From UHGV virus genome UHGV-0109010: 41,638 nt of DNA; one strand, written 5' to 3'. The notes below the pieces were generated by a model, which did not search any database, was not told the origin of the DNA, and saw only the letters and a list, made by a program, of their open reading frames with translations. The position numbers and the translations under genes were made by a program. The DNA comes from a virus. Positions 18,490 through 28,360 of the stretch are shown piece after piece (the stretch's first letter is position 1; each line of letters opens with the position of its first letter).

Positions 18490-18705
18490 ATGAAATCCAT
18501 GGATAAGTTAACAACGGGCATTGCCTACGGCACCTCCGCAGGCAGTGCTGGCTACTGGTTTTTACAGCTGCTCGATAAAGTCACGCCCTCACAGTGGGCA
18601 GCAATAGGTGTGCTGGGTAGCTTGGTATTTGGCCTGCTGACGTACCTGACAAACCTTTATTTCAAGATTAAAGAAGATAAGCGCAAGGCTGCGAGAGGTG
18701 AATAA
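18490..18705 (+). CDS. essD: Pinholin, phage 21 S-type with dual start (MKSM)
   Basis: Translation [71 protein letters not shown] matches S21 pinholin. Confidence 0.9.
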   Translation: MKSMDKLTTGIAYGTSAGSAGYWFLQLLDKVTPSQWAAIGVLGSLVFGLLTYLTNLYFKIKEDKRKAARGE

Positions 18706-19202
18706 TGCCTCCATCATTACGAAAAGCCGTTGCTGCTGCTATTGGTGGCGGAGCAATTGCTATAGCATCAGTGTTAATCACTGGCCCAAGTGGTAACGAT
18801 GGTCTGGAAGGTGTCAGCTACATACCATACAAAGATATCGTTGGCGTATGGACTGTATGTCACGGGCATACAGGAAAAGACATCATTCCCGGTAAAACGT
18901 ATACCGAAGCAGAATGCAAAGCCCTCCTGAATAAAGACCTTGCCACGGTAGCCAGACAAATTAACCCGTACATCAAAGTCGATATACCGGAAACAACGCG
19001 CGGCGCTCTTTACTCGTTCGTCTATAACGTGGGCGCAGGCAATTTCAGAACATCTACTCTTCTTCGCAAAATAAACCAGGGCGATATCAAGGGCGCATGT
19101 GACCAGCTACGTCGCTGGGCATACGCTGGCGGTAAGCAATGGAAAGGCCTGATGACTCGTCGTGAGATTGAGCGTGAGGTCTGTTTGTGGGGGCAACAAT
19201 GA
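18705..19202 (+). CDS. rrrD: SAR (signal-arrest-release) endolysin, lysozyme
   Basis: N-terminal Gly/Ala-rich SAR helix ([20 protein letters not shown]) followed by lysozyme domain; start overlaps holin stop. Confidence 0.9.
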   Translation: MPPSLRKAVAAAIGGGAIAIASVLITGPSGNDGLEGVSYIPYKDIVGVWTVCHGHTGKDIIPGKTYTEAECKALLNKDLATVARQINPYIKVDIPETTRGALYSFVYNVGAGNFRTSTLLRKINQGDIKGACDQLRRWAYAGGKQWKGLMTRREIEREVCLWGQQ

Positions 19203-19666
19203 GCAGGGTAACCGCGATTATCTCCGCTCTGGTTATCTGCATCATCGTCTGCCTGTCATGGGCTGTTAATCATTACCGTGATAATGCAATCGCCTACAAA
19301 GAACAGCGTGATAACAAGGCCAGTGAACTGGAGAAGGCGAACGCCACCATTACTGACATGCAGCAGCGCCAGCGTGATGCTGATGCACTCGATGATAAAT
19401 ACACGAAGGAGTTAGCTGATGCGAAAGCTGAAAATGATGCTCTTCGGCGCAAGCTTGATAATGGTGGTCGGGTGCTCGTCAAAGGAAAATGCCCTGTGCC
19501 ATCCTCAGCCGAAACCTCCAGCGCCTCCGGCATGGGCAATGATGCCACCGTCGAACTCTCTCCAGTTGCTGGACGAAACGTTCTCGGTATCCGGGACGGA
19601 ATTATCCGCGACCAAACAGCACTGAGAACGCTTCAGGAATACATCAGGACGCAATGCCTTCGATGA
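19199..19666 (+). CDS. rzpD: Rz inner-membrane spanin
   Basis: N-terminal TM helix, coiled-coil body; ATGA overlap with endolysin stop; contains embedded Rz1. Confidence 0.85.
   Translation: MSRVTAIISALVICIIVCLSWAVNHYRDNAIAYKEQRDNKASELEKANATITDMQQRQRDADALDDKYTKELADAKAENDALRRKLDNGGRVLVKGKCPVPSSAETSSASGMGNDATVELSPVAGRNVLGIRDGIIRDQTALRTLQEYIRTQCLR
19419..19625 (+). CDS. rzoD: Rz1 outer-membrane lipoprotein spanin, embedded in +1 frame of Rz
   Basis: Lipobox VVGC, Pro-rich segment [11 protein letters not shown], fully nested within Rz. Confidence 0.85.
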   Translation: MRKLKMMLFGASLIMVVGCSSKENALCHPQPKPPAPPAWAMMPPSNSLQLLDETFSVSGTELSATKQH

Positions 19667-20032
19667 TAGCGATAATTTTACTCATCATCCTTCACATCTG
19701 GCTCTGTAGACAGGGTGGTGATCACTTCTGGAGTGAATCCAGATTAAACATCTCATTGCTGATGCTTGAAGTTGAGCATCTGGCGCGCGGTAAGGGGCTG
19801 CGTTGAGATAAGAGCCAGTTCATTACAAAGCCTATCTACGGGTGGGCTTGATAATGAAACCGGAATTTATTCTGGGCAACCAGTTACGGCAGTACCGCGA
19901 AACAACCCAAGCCAGTAAGTGGGGAAATAACACTGGCAGCCACTGAAAGATGAACCTCCTGCCTGATGGCAAAAAAGATTCTTTGTGGTGGCGGACTGAT
20001 GGAAAGACATCCGCTGAATCGATGATAAACAA

Positions 20033-20218
20033 GTGGAAGAGGTTGCGATGGTTTCCGTGAACAAAGATCCGAAGGAAGGCGTTGAATACATCACTGGTGC
20101 TGATGGTGTGAAAAGACCAATGGCTTATTACAAAGCGGCTGAAGAGAGGGCAAGAATAGAAAATCCCCCTAAATGCGGATCATTTTTCGACATGCTGGAC
20201 CTTCAATGGAAGTTGTGA
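20033..20218 (+). CDS. Small hypothetical protein downstream of lysis cassette
   Basis: ORF only; followed by a terminator; start uncertain (internal ATG at 20048). Confidence 0.3.
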   Translation: MEEVAMVSVNKDPKEGVEYITGADGVKRPMAYYKAAEERARIENPPKCGSFFDMLDLQWKL

Positions 20219-20227
20219 ACAACTAAC

Positions 20228-20253
20228 AGGTCGCTCAGGCGGCCTTTTTTATT
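20228..20253 (+). terminator. Rho-independent terminator
   Basis: AGGTCGC-TCAG-GCGGCCT stem (one G-U pair) followed by TTTTTTATT. Confidence 0.6.
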
Positions 20254-20416
20254 GCCATCACAAAAGCCATTCCCTACAGAGTGGCTTTGGTAATGGCTTA
20301 TACCCTACACGGGATAACTTAACTGATATCCCTTTTAACGGATAAACGGAGCCAACAATGGCAGAGAATGTCGGCATTATGGCAGTTAAATTTGGATAAA
20401 TCGGAGATTAGTACAT

Positions 20417-20767
20417 ATGCCGCCACGAATCCCGAAAGCCTGCCGTGCTCGAGGTTGCCGTAATACCACCACTGACCCGTCAGGCTATTGCGAAAGCCAC
20501 AAAAGCGAAGGCTGGAAGCAATACAAACCTGGACAATCCCGTCATCAGCGCGGCTACGGTTCGAAGTGGGACAGTATCCGCGCGCGTGTCCTGAAGCGTG
20601 ACAAAGGCCTGTGTCAGTTATGTCTGCGTTCTGGTGTGGTGCGTGAGGCGAAAACTGTTGACCACATCATCCCTAAAGCGCATGGCGGCACTGATGCTGA
20701 CAGTAATCTGCAGAGTCTGTGCTGGCCGTGTCATAAGGCGAAGACGGCCCGTGAACGGTTAAAGTGA
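20417..20767 (+). CDS. HNH endonuclease (terminase-associated)
   Basis: Cys pairs CRARGC...C and CQLCLR...CWPCH with HIIP...HGG HNH motif; immediately upstream of terminase genes. Confidence 0.85.
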   Translation: MPPRIPKACRARGCRNTTTDPSGYCESHKSEGWKQYKPGQSRHQRGYGSKWDSIRARVLKRDKGLCQLCLRSGVVREAKTVDHIIPKAHGGTDADSNLQSLCWPCHKAKTARERLK

Positions 20768-20783
20768 TAATAATTCTCAACTG

Positions 20784-20853
20784 TCTGAGGGGAGGGGCGG
20801 GTCAAATCCCTGTGACCTGACGTCTTCCGGACTGCCCGCCCCATCGTTTTTTT
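20784..20853. other. Putative cos / packaging-recognition region: 8-bp inverted repeat GGGGCGGG...CCCGCCCC followed by T-run
   Basis: Inverted repeat and T-run read directly; lies between HNH and terS where HK97-like phages place cos; cleavage site itself not identifiable. Confidence 0.35.
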
Positions 20854-20892
20854 ATACCCGCGAAAAATGAAATTTAACCAGGAGTGCCGCAT

Positions 20893-21378
20893 ATGGCTGG
20901 AACGGCGGGGCGTTCCGGGCGTCGCCCCAAGCCAACGGCGCGCAAGGCGCTGGCCGGAAACCCCGGCAAGCGAGCCCTGAATAAAGATGAACCTGTTTTT
21001 ACGCCCATCAAAGGTGTTGAGCCACCGGAGTGGTTCGCTGAAGAAGATCTCCCTCTCGCCACGATCATGTGGCAACTGACAACCAAAGAACTCTGCGGTC
21101 AGGGCCTGCTGTGCGTGACTGACCTGGCGGTACTTGAGCGGTGGTGTGTGGCCTATGAATTCTGGCGACGTGCCGTGAAAAATATTGCCAGACAGGGCAA
21201 CACCATCACCGGTGCAATGGGCGGCATGGTCAAAAATCCGGAGCTGACCGCCAAAAAAGAACAGGAGTCCGAGATGAGCAGCACGGGGGCAATGCTCGGA
21301 CTCGACCCCAGCAGCCGCCAGCGTCTGATTGGCCTGGCGGGGAAGAAGAAAGCCACTAACCCGTTTCTGACAATCTGA
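20893..21378 (+). CDS. Terminase small subunit, P27 family
   Basis: N-terminus [27 protein letters not shown] typical of P27-family TerS; directly precedes TerL. Confidence 0.85.
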   Translation: MAGTAGRSGRRPKPTARKALAGNPGKRALNKDEPVFTPIKGVEPPEWFAEEDLPLATIMWQLTTKELCGQGLLCVTDLAVLERWCVAYEFWRRAVKNIARQGNTITGAMGGMVKNPELTAKKEQESEMSSTGAMLGLDPSSRQRLIGLAGKKKATNPFLTI

Positions 21379-21391
21379 AAATCATCGAATC

Positions 21392-23125
21392 ATGAGCCGG
21401 AAATCTTACCCCAACGTAAATGCAGCCAATCAGTATGCCCGTGATGTCGTGCGCGGAAAGATTGTGGCCTGCCAGTTTGTGATTCAGGCCTGCCAGCGCC
21501 ATCTTGATGACCTGATGGCGGAAAAAAGTAAGTCGTTTCGTTACCGCTTCGACAAGGACCTGGCTGAACGGGCCGCCAAATTTATTCAGCTGTTGCCGCA
21601 TACCAAGGGTGAGTGGGCATTCAAACGGATGCCCATCACGCTGGAGCCGTGGCAGCTCTTTGTGATCTGCTGTGCGTTTGGCTGGGTCAATAAAGGTACC
21701 CGGCTGCGCCGCTTCCGGGAGGTGTATACCGAAATCCCCCGTAAGAACGGCAAATCGGCAATCTCTGCCGGTGTCGCCCTGTATTGTTTTGCCTGTGATA
21801 ACGAGTTTGGCGCGGAAGTGTATTCCGGTGCCACGACAGAGAAACAGGCGTGGGAAGTCTTTCGCCCGGCGCGACTGATGTGTAAACGCACACCCATGCT
21901 GACGGAAGCGTTCGGGATTGAGGTTAACGCCTCAAACATGAACCGTCCGGAGGATGGCGCGCGGTTTGAACCGCTGATCGGTAACCCCGGTGATGGTTCA
22001 TCACCCCACTGTGCGGTGGTGGATGAATATCACGAGCACGCCACCGATGCGCTTTATACCACGATGCTTACCGGGATGGGGGCGCGACGTCAGCCACTGA
22101 TGTGGGCCATCACCACCGCCGGGTACAACATTGAGGGGCCGTGCTACGACAAGCGGCGGGAAGTTATCGAGATGCTCAACGGTTCGGTACCCAACGATGA
22201 ACTGTTCGGGATCATCTATACCGTTGACGAAGGCGATGACTGGACCGACCCGCAGGTGCTGGAAAAAGCCAACCCGAATATTGGCGTGTCGGTTTATCGC
22301 GAATTTTTGTTAAGTCAGCAGCAGCGTGCGAAAAATAACGCCCGTCTGGCAAACGTCTTTAAAACAAAACACCTCAATATCTGGGTGTCGGCGCGTTCGG
22401 CGTATTTCAACCTGGTGAGCTGGCAGAGCTGCGAGGATAAATCACTGACCCTTGAGCAGTTCGAGGGGCAGCCGTGCATTCTGGCCTTTGACCTGGCGCG
22501 TAAGCTGGATATGAACAGCATGGCGCGACTTTATACCCGCGAGATTGACGGTAAAACGCATTACTACAGTGTGGCCCCGCGTTTCTGGGTACCGTATGAC
22601 ACGGTGTACAGCGTCGAGAAAAATGAAGATCGCCGGACAGCCGAACGCTTTCAGAAATGGGTGGAAATGGGCGTTCTGACTGTTACCGCTGGTGCGGAGG
22701 TGGATTATCGCTACATCCTCGAGGAGGCCAAAGCGGCGAACAAAATCAGCCCGGTCAGTGAGTCACCCATCGACCCCTTCGGGGCGACCGGGCTGTCGCA
22801 TGACCTTGCTGATGAAGACCTGAACCCCATCACCATCATTCAGAACTACACCAACATGTCCGATCCGATGAAAGAGCTGGAAGCGGCGATTGAATCGGGG
22901 CGCTTTCATCATGACGGCAATCCCATCATGACCTGGTGTATCGGCAACGTGGTCGGCAAAACCATTCCGGGTAACGATGATGTGGTGAAGCCTGTCAAGG
23001 AGCAGGCGGAAAACAAAATCGATGGTGCGGTTGCACTGATTATGGCGATCGGTCGGGCAATGCTCAAAGAACCCGACGATTTCCTCTCATCTCTTGATCC
23101 GGACGATGTTCTCTTAATTCTATGA
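21392..23125 (+). CDS. Terminase large subunit (ATPase + nuclease), 577 aa
   Basis: Walker A-like region and overall size/order; follows TerS, precedes portal. Confidence 0.9.
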   Translation: MSRKSYPNVNAANQYARDVVRGKIVACQFVIQACQRHLDDLMAEKSKSFRYRFDKDLAERAAKFIQLLPHTKGEWAFKRMPITLEPWQLFVICCAFGWVNKGTRLRRFREVYTEIPRKNGKSAISAGVALYCFACDNEFGAEVYSGATTEKQAWEVFRPARLMCKRTPMLTEAFGIEVNASNMNRPEDGARFEPLIGNPGDGSSPHCAVVDEYHEHATDALYTTMLTGMGARRQPLMWAITTAGYNIEGPCYDKRREVIEMLNGSVPNDELFGIIYTVDEGDDWTDPQVLEKANPNIGVSVYREFLLSQQQRAKNNARLANVFKTKHLNIWVSARSAYFNLVSWQSCEDKSLTLEQFEGQPCILAFDLARKLDMNSMARLYTREIDGKTHYYSVAPRFWVPYDTVYSVEKNEDRRTAERFQKWVEMGVLTVTAGAEVDYRYILEEAKAANKISPVSESPIDPFGATGLSHDLADEDLNPITIIQNYTNMSDPMKELEAAIESGRFHHDGNPIMTWCIGNVVGKTIPGNDDVVKPVKEQAENKIDGAVALIMAIGRAMLKEPDDFLSSLDPDDVLLIL

Positions 23126-23283
23126 AATCACTAATTGCTGATGTTATCGGGTTGGCTGGTTTTGGCCTGCTTACGTGCGGGTTTTACCTGCAGTTTGGTA
23201 TGGCTCCGGCTCTGATGCTGTCCGGCGGTTTACTGCTGGTGGGCGCACTGGCTATGGCCAGAAGGGGGACGCGTGCTGCTTGA
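23122..23283 (+). CDS. Small predicted membrane protein (53 aa) between terminase and portal
   Basis: Manual translation [53 protein letters not shown], two hydrophobic segments; ATGA overlap with TerL stop. Confidence 0.45.
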   Translation: MKSLIADVIGLAGFGLLTCGFYLQFGMAPALMLSGGLLLVGALAMARRGTRAA

Positions 23284-24499
23284 TGCTCTGTTCAGAAGTA
23301 AATCACTGGAGAATCCTTCCACCCCGATAACCGGGGATGCCGTTGATACTGATGGGCTGTTCCGGGCAGACGTTTATGTCAGTCCTGAAACTGCGATGAA
23401 ACTGGCTGCGGTGTATTCCTGTATCTATGTCCTGTCTTCCAGCCTTGCCCAGATGCCGTTGCATGTTATGCGCAGGCACAATGGGAAGGTTGAGCCCGCA
23501 CGCGATCATCCGGCGTTTTATCTGGTTCATGATGAGCCCAATACCTGGCAAACCAGTTACAAATGGCGCGAACTGAAGCAACGTCACATCCTTGGCTGGG
23601 GGAATGGGTATACCTGGGTGAAACGTAATCGTCGCGGTGAAGTCATATCCCTGGATTGCTGTATGCCGTGGGAAACGACGCTGATGAATACTGGTGGCCG
23701 ATACACCTACGGTTTGTACAACGAATATGGGGCGTTTGCGATCAGCCTCGACGATATGATCCACATCCGTGCGCTGGGTAATAATCAGAAGATGGGGCTG
23801 AGTCCGATTATGCAACATGCCGAAACAATAGGCATGGGGATGAGCGGTCAGAAATACACAGAAAGCTTCTTCAGCGGTAATGCCCGTCCGGCGGGGATAG
23901 TATCCGTTAAAAGCGGACTCAATAAGGACAGCTGGGGCTGGCTTAAAGATCAGTGGCAGAAGGCATCGCAGGCGTTACGCAGCCAGGAAAACAAAACCAT
24001 GCTGCTGCCAGCCGATCTGGATTACAAGGCACTGACTGTGTCGCCAGTTGACGCTCAGATCATTGACATGATGAAACTGAACCGTTCAATGATTGCCGGT
24101 ATTTTCAATATTCCTGCGCACATGATTAATGACCTCGAAAAAGCCACCTTCTCCAATATTTCTGCGCAGGCGATTCAGTTTGTCCGCTACACGATGATGC
24201 CGTGGGTGACGAACTGGGAGCAGGAGCTTAACCGTCGCTTGTTTACCCGCGCTGAGTTAGCCGCCGGGTATTACGTCAGGTTCAATCTGACGGGGCTTTT
24301 ACGCGGAACTCCGCAGGAGCGCGCGCAATTCTATCACTTCGCTATTACCGATGGATGGATGAGCCGTAATGAGGCCCGCGCATTCGAGGATATGAATCCG
24401 GTTGAAGGGCTGGATGAGATGCTGGTAAGCGTGAATGCTGCTAACCCGGCAGGAGATTTTAAGCCCCCAAAAAAAGATGAGGGAAAAACCAATGAATGA
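23273..24499 (+). CDS. Portal protein, HK97 family (GTG start)
   Basis: 408 aa in canonical position after terminase; family assigned from size and position. Confidence 0.85.
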   Translation: MLLDALFRSKSLENPSTPITGDAVDTDGLFRADVYVSPETAMKLAAVYSCIYVLSSSLAQMPLHVMRRHNGKVEPARDHPAFYLVHDEPNTWQTSYKWRELKQRHILGWGNGYTWVKRNRRGEVISLDCCMPWETTLMNTGGRYTYGLYNEYGAFAISLDDMIHIRALGNNQKMGLSPIMQHAETIGMGMSGQKYTESFFSGNARPAGIVSVKSGLNKDSWGWLKDQWQKASQALRSQENKTMLLPADLDYKALTVSPVDAQIIDMMKLNRSMIAGIFNIPAHMINDLEKATFSNISAQAIQFVRYTMMPWVTNWEQELNRRLFTRAELAAGYYVRFNLTGLLRGTPQERAQFYHFAITDGWMSRNEARAFEDMNPVEGLDEMLVSVNAANPAGDFKPPKKDEGKTNE

Positions 24500-25094
24500 C
24501 CGTGAAATCCGTTGTTACAGCGGTGAGGTGCGTGCTGAGCGGCATGACGATAACCCTGCGCACATTATCGGTTATGGATCGGTGTTTGACTGTCGTTCTG
24601 AGCTGATATTTGGTTCATTCCGCGAAATCATCCGGCCCGGCGCTTTTGACGATGTGCTTGGTGATGATGTACGCGCACTGTTTAACCACGATCCTAATTT
24701 TATTCTTGGGCGTAGTGCAGCAGGCACGCTGAATCTTTCAGTTGATGAGCGCGGATTGCGCTATGACATCCAGGCTCCGGAGACACAGACCATTCGTGAT
24801 CTGGTGCTGGCCCCGATGCAACGTGGAGATATTAACCAGTCATCTTTTGCTTTCCGTGTCGCCCGTGACGGCGAGGAGTGGTATCAGGATGAGGACGGGG
24901 TTGTTATTCGCGAGATAACCCGCTTTTCCCGTCTGCTGGATGTCAGTCCTGTGACATATCCTGCCTATCAGGAGGCTGACTCGGCTGTTCGCTCCATGAA
25001 AGCATGGCAGGAGGCGCGCAACAGCGGCGCGCTACAGAAAGCCATTAATCAACGTATGGCGCGTGAGCGCGTCCTGACCCTTCTTAACGCGTAA
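24492..25094 (+). CDS. Prohead protease, HK97 family (start at MNDREIR)
   Basis: About 200 aa between portal and capsid; family assigned from size and position. Confidence 0.8.
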   Translation: MNDREIRCYSGEVRAERHDDNPAHIIGYGSVFDCRSELIFGSFREIIRPGAFDDVLGDDVRALFNHDPNFILGRSAAGTLNLSVDERGLRYDIQAPETQTIRDLVLAPMQRGDINQSSFAFRVARDGEEWYQDEDGVVIREITRFSRLLDVSPVTYPAYQEADSAVRSMKAWQEARNSGALQKAINQRMARERVLTLLNA

Positions 25095-25104
25095 AGGAAA
25101 CATC

Positions 25105-26334
25105 ATGAAACTGCATGAACTGAAACAGAAACGTAATACTATCGCAACTGACATGCGTGCCCTGAATGAAAAAATTGGTGATAACGCATGGACGGAAGAG
25201 CAGCGCACTGAGTGGAACAAAGCAAAATCCGAACTGGAAGCGCTTGATGAACGAATTGCACGCGAAGAAGAACTGCGTCGTCAGGATCAGGCGTACATTG
25301 AAAGCAATGAGGAAGAGCAGCGTCAGAATCTTGATCCGGAAAACAATCCGCAACAGGATGAGAAACGAGCTCAGGTTTTTGATAAGTGGATGCGTCACGG
25401 TGCCAGTGAGCTGACATCAGAAGAACGAAAGGCGTTGCGTGAACTTCGTGCCCAGGGCGTAGCTCAGGATGAAAAGGGCGGATATACCGTACCAGAAACA
25501 TTCCTGGCGAAAGTTGTTGAGAAGATGAAGTCCTACGGTGGCATCGCCAGTGTGGCGCAGATTCTTACCACTTCTGACGGTCGCACTATGGAGTGGGCAA
25601 CAGCTGATGGTACTTCCGAAGTTGGTGTTCTGCTGGGCGAAAATGAAGAAGCCGGTGAAGAAGACACCGATTTCGGTATGGGAAGTCTTGGGGCGCTCAA
25701 AATGACATCGAAAATCATTCGTGTGTCTAATGAGTTGCTGCAGGACAGCGCGATCGATATGGAAGCTTATCTTGCCCGTCGTATTGCTGAACGTATTGGT
25801 CGTGGTGAAGCCCGTTATCTGATTCAGGGAACTGGTGCTGGTACGCCTAAACAACCCAAAGGGCTGGTCGCATCTGTGACCGGCACAACACAGACTGCCG
25901 CGGCAAATACGGTGAAGTGGCAGGAAATTCTGGCTCTGAAACACAGCATTGATCCTGCATATCGTCGCGGGCCGAAATTCCGCCTGGCGTTTAACGATAA
26001 TACGCTGAAACTGATCAGTGAGATGGAAGACGGTCAGGGACGCCCTTTATGGTTGCCGGATATTGTTGGTGTGGCACCTGCTTCAGTGTTGAATGTACCG
26101 TATGTCATTGATCAGGAAATTGATGATATCGGGGCGGGTAAAAAATTCATGTTCTGTGGTGACTTTGATCGCTTCATTATCCGTCGTGTGCGATACATGA
26201 TTCTTAAACGTCTGGTTGAGCGTTACGCGGAATATGATCAGACCGGTTTTCTGGCCTTCCATCGTTTTGACTGTATCCTGGAAGACACCTCTGCCATTAA
26301 AGCGCTGGTGGGGAAAGGTAGCGTTGGTGGTTGA
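25105..26334 (+). CDS. Major capsid protein, HK97 fold with N-terminal coiled-coil delta domain
   Basis: 409 aa; N-terminal coiled-coil about 100 aa then capsid-fold body; canonical position. Confidence 0.9.
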   Translation: MKLHELKQKRNTIATDMRALNEKIGDNAWTEEQRTEWNKAKSELEALDERIAREEELRRQDQAYIESNEEEQRQNLDPENNPQQDEKRAQVFDKWMRHGASELTSEERKALRELRAQGVAQDEKGGYTVPETFLAKVVEKMKSYGGIASVAQILTTSDGRTMEWATADGTSEVGVLLGENEEAGEEDTDFGMGSLGALKMTSKIIRVSNELLQDSAIDMEAYLARRIAERIGRGEARYLIQGTGAGTPKQPKGLVASVTGTTQTAAANTVKWQEILALKHSIDPAYRRGPKFRLAFNDNTLKLISEMEDGQGRPLWLPDIVGVAPASVLNVPYVIDQEIDDIGAGKKFMFCGDFDRFIIRRVRYMILKRLVERYAEYDQTGFLAFHRFDCILEDTSAIKALVGKGSVGG

Positions 26335-26358
26335 TTAGTCTTTTTACGTAATACAGCA

Positions 26359-26402
26359 CGCCGCGTAATGCGGTTTTTTTGTGCCCGCGTTCTGGCGGGC
26401 AC
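26359..26402 (+). terminator. Two hairpins after the capsid gene (weak terminator CCGC-GTAAT-GCGG + T7, then 8-bp stem GTGCCCGC/GCGGGCAC)
   Basis: Read directly; likely partial terminator / mRNA stabiliser after the highly expressed capsid gene. Confidence 0.45.
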
Positions 26403-26412
26403 AGGAGGTTTT

Positions 26413-26736
26413 ATGCTGTTAAAAATGGAAGAGATTAAGCTTCAGCTCCGTCTGGATGATGATTTCTCTGATGAAGATGAGTTGCTTGAACTGCTTGGTA
26501 AGGCCGCTCAGAGTCGTACGGAAAACTTCCTTAACCGTAAGTTGTATGCAACCGCAGATGACAGGCCTGCGGATGATCCTGATGGGCTTGTGATATCTGA
26601 TGATGTGAAGCTGGCGCTTCTGCTACTTGTCAGCCATTTCTACGAAAACCGCTCAACGGTTACAGACGTTGAGAAAATGGAGTTGCCAATGAGTTTTAAC
26701 TGGTTGGTTGTTCCTTATCGCCTTATACCACTATGA
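26413..26736 (+). CDS. Head-tail connector protein (gp6-like)
   Basis: About 107 aa acidic protein after capsid; SD AGGAGG. Confidence 0.7.
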   Translation: MLLKMEEIKLQLRLDDDFSDEDELLELLGKAAQSRTENFLNRKLYATADDRPADDPDGLVISDDVKLALLLLVSHFYENRSTVTDVEKMELPMSFNWLVVPYRLIPL

Positions 26737-27143
26737 AAATTCGTCAGGCGCAGACCAGCGCAACCTACATTCTGCCGGACCCCGGCGAACTGAATAAACG
26801 CGTCCTGATCCGCCAGCGGGTGGATATGCCCGCGGATAACTTTGGCGTGGAGCCTCAATACCCGGTTGCGTTCCGGGCATGGGCGAAGGTTATCCAGACC
26901 AGTGCCACCACCTGGCAGGAAACCGCGCAGACCGGAGACGCCATCACCCATTACATCACCATTCGTTACCGCCGGGGGATCACCGCTGATTATGAGGTGG
27001 TCTGCGGTGACAGTGTGTACCGGGTGAAACGTCAGCGCGATCTGAACGGAGCGCGGCGCTTTCTGCTGCTGGAGTGTACGGAGCTGGGCGAATGTAGGCA
27101 GAGTCACGGAGGCAACAATGACGACTTCCTTTTTGCACGTTGA
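26733..27143 (+). CDS. Head closure / head-tail adaptor protein
   Basis: Size and position in head-completion block. Confidence 0.65.
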   Translation: MKIRQAQTSATYILPDPGELNKRVLIRQRVDMPADNFGVEPQYPVAFRAWAKVIQTSATTWQETAQTGDAITHYITIRYRRGITADYEVVCGDSVYRVKRQRDLNGARRFLLLECTELGECRQSHGGNNDDFLFAR

Positions 27144-27624
27144 TTTTCAGCAGCCCGCGGAGATGCGCTTTAACCGCGCCCATGTCCGGCGGGCGTTTGT
27201 CACGATTGGTCAGCGTCATATGCGTGATGCCCGTCGGCTGGTGATGCGCCGTGCGCGGTCGGCACCGGGTGAAAACCCCGGTTATCAGACCGGACGCCTG
27301 GCTCGCTCAATTGGTTACATGGTACCCAGAGCCAGTAAACATCGCCCTGGTTTTATGGCACGTATAGCCCCTAACCAGCGTAATGGAGAGGGAAACCGCC
27401 GTATCACCGGTGATTTTTATCCGGCTTTTTTGTTCTATGGCGTGAGGCGAGGGGCAAAGCGTCGTCGCGGCCATCATCGTGGTGCATCCGGTGGCAGCGG
27501 CTGGCGACTGGCTCCACGTAATAACTTCATGGTGGAAACTCTTGAAAAGAACCGCAGCTGGACACGCTATTTTCTGGCGCGGGAATTGCGTAAATCACTG
27601 AAGCCGGAGCGACGACACAGATGA
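27118..27624 (+). CDS. HK97 gp10-family head-tail joining protein
   Basis: Basic 168-aa protein in head-tail joining block. Confidence 0.6.
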   Translation: MTTSFLHVDFQQPAEMRFNRAHVRRAFVTIGQRHMRDARRLVMRRARSAPGENPGYQTGRLARSIGYMVPRASKHRPGFMARIAPNQRNGEGNRRITGDFYPAFLFYGVRRGAKRRRGHHRGASGGSGWRLAPRNNFMVETLEKNRSWTRYFLARELRKSLKPERRHR

Positions 27625-28181
27625 AACTGACGCCCGTTATTGCTGCACTGCGTGCCCGCTGTCCGTATTTTGAAAACCGGGTGGCAGGCGCGGCACAGTT
27701 CAAAAATCTGCCGGAGGTCGGAAAGCTGAGACTCCCGGCGGCGTATGTGGTACCGGGTGATGACTCTCCGGGAGAAAACAAAAGCCAGACCGACTACTGG
27801 CAGGAGCTGAAAGAGGGCTTCTCCGTGGTTGTCATACTGAGTAACGGGCGTGATGAGCGCGGTCAGTTTGCCTCGTATGATGTGGTGGACGATGTCCGGC
27901 AGATGCTCTTTAAGGCTCTGCTGGGCTGGAACCCGGAAGCGTGTGGTAACCCGATTACCTATGACGGCGGCACGCTGCTGGATCTGAATCGTCATGAGCT
28001 GATTTATCAGTTCGATTTTTCGGTCATCAGCGAGCTGACTGAAGACGATACCCGCCAGCAGGATGATCTGAACAGTCTGGATGAACTGCAAACGCTGGCG
28101 ATTGATGTTGATTATCTCGAGCCCGGTAACGGGCCTGACGGCGATATCGAACATCACACCGAAATAACCCTTCCTTCCTGA
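27621..28181 (+). CDS. Tail completion / tail terminator-like protein (Mu-like module)
   Basis: 186 aa immediately upstream of sheath gene block. Confidence 0.55.
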   Translation: MKLTPVIAALRARCPYFENRVAGAAQFKNLPEVGKLRLPAAYVVPGDDSPGENKSQTDYWQELKEGFSVVVILSNGRDERGQFASYDVVDDVRQMLFKALLGWNPEACGNPITYDGGTLLDLNRHELIYQFDFSVISELTEDDTRQQDDLNSLDELQTLAIDVDYLEPGNGPDGDIEHHTEITLPS

Positions 28182-28189
28182 GGATCCTC

Positions 28190-28360
28190 ATGTTTGTCAA
28201 ACCTGTTAAAGGGCGGTCAGTGCCTGACCCTGCCCGCGGCGACCTTTTGCCCGCCGAAGGGCGAAATGTTGACGAGAACAACTACTGGCTGCGCCGTGAA
28301 GCAGCGGGTGATATCCGGCGCGTGAATAAAAAGGTGAATACCGATGACGATAAGCTTTAA
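28190..28360 (+). CDS. Small conserved phage protein preceding tail sheath (56 aa)
   Basis: Manual translation MFVKPVKGRSVPDPARGDLLPAEGRNVDENNYWLRREAAGDIRRVNKKVNTDDDKL; short gene in the position seen before Mu-like sheath genes. Confidence 0.45.
   Translation: MFVKPVKGRSVPDPARGDLLPAEGRNVDENNYWLRREAAGDIRRVNKKVNTDDDKL

Noticed and set aside
27567-28157. 196-aa ORF on the minus strand within the tail gene block
   Set aside because: Fully antisense to a plus-strand structural gene in a GC-rich region where long spurious antisense ORFs are expected.
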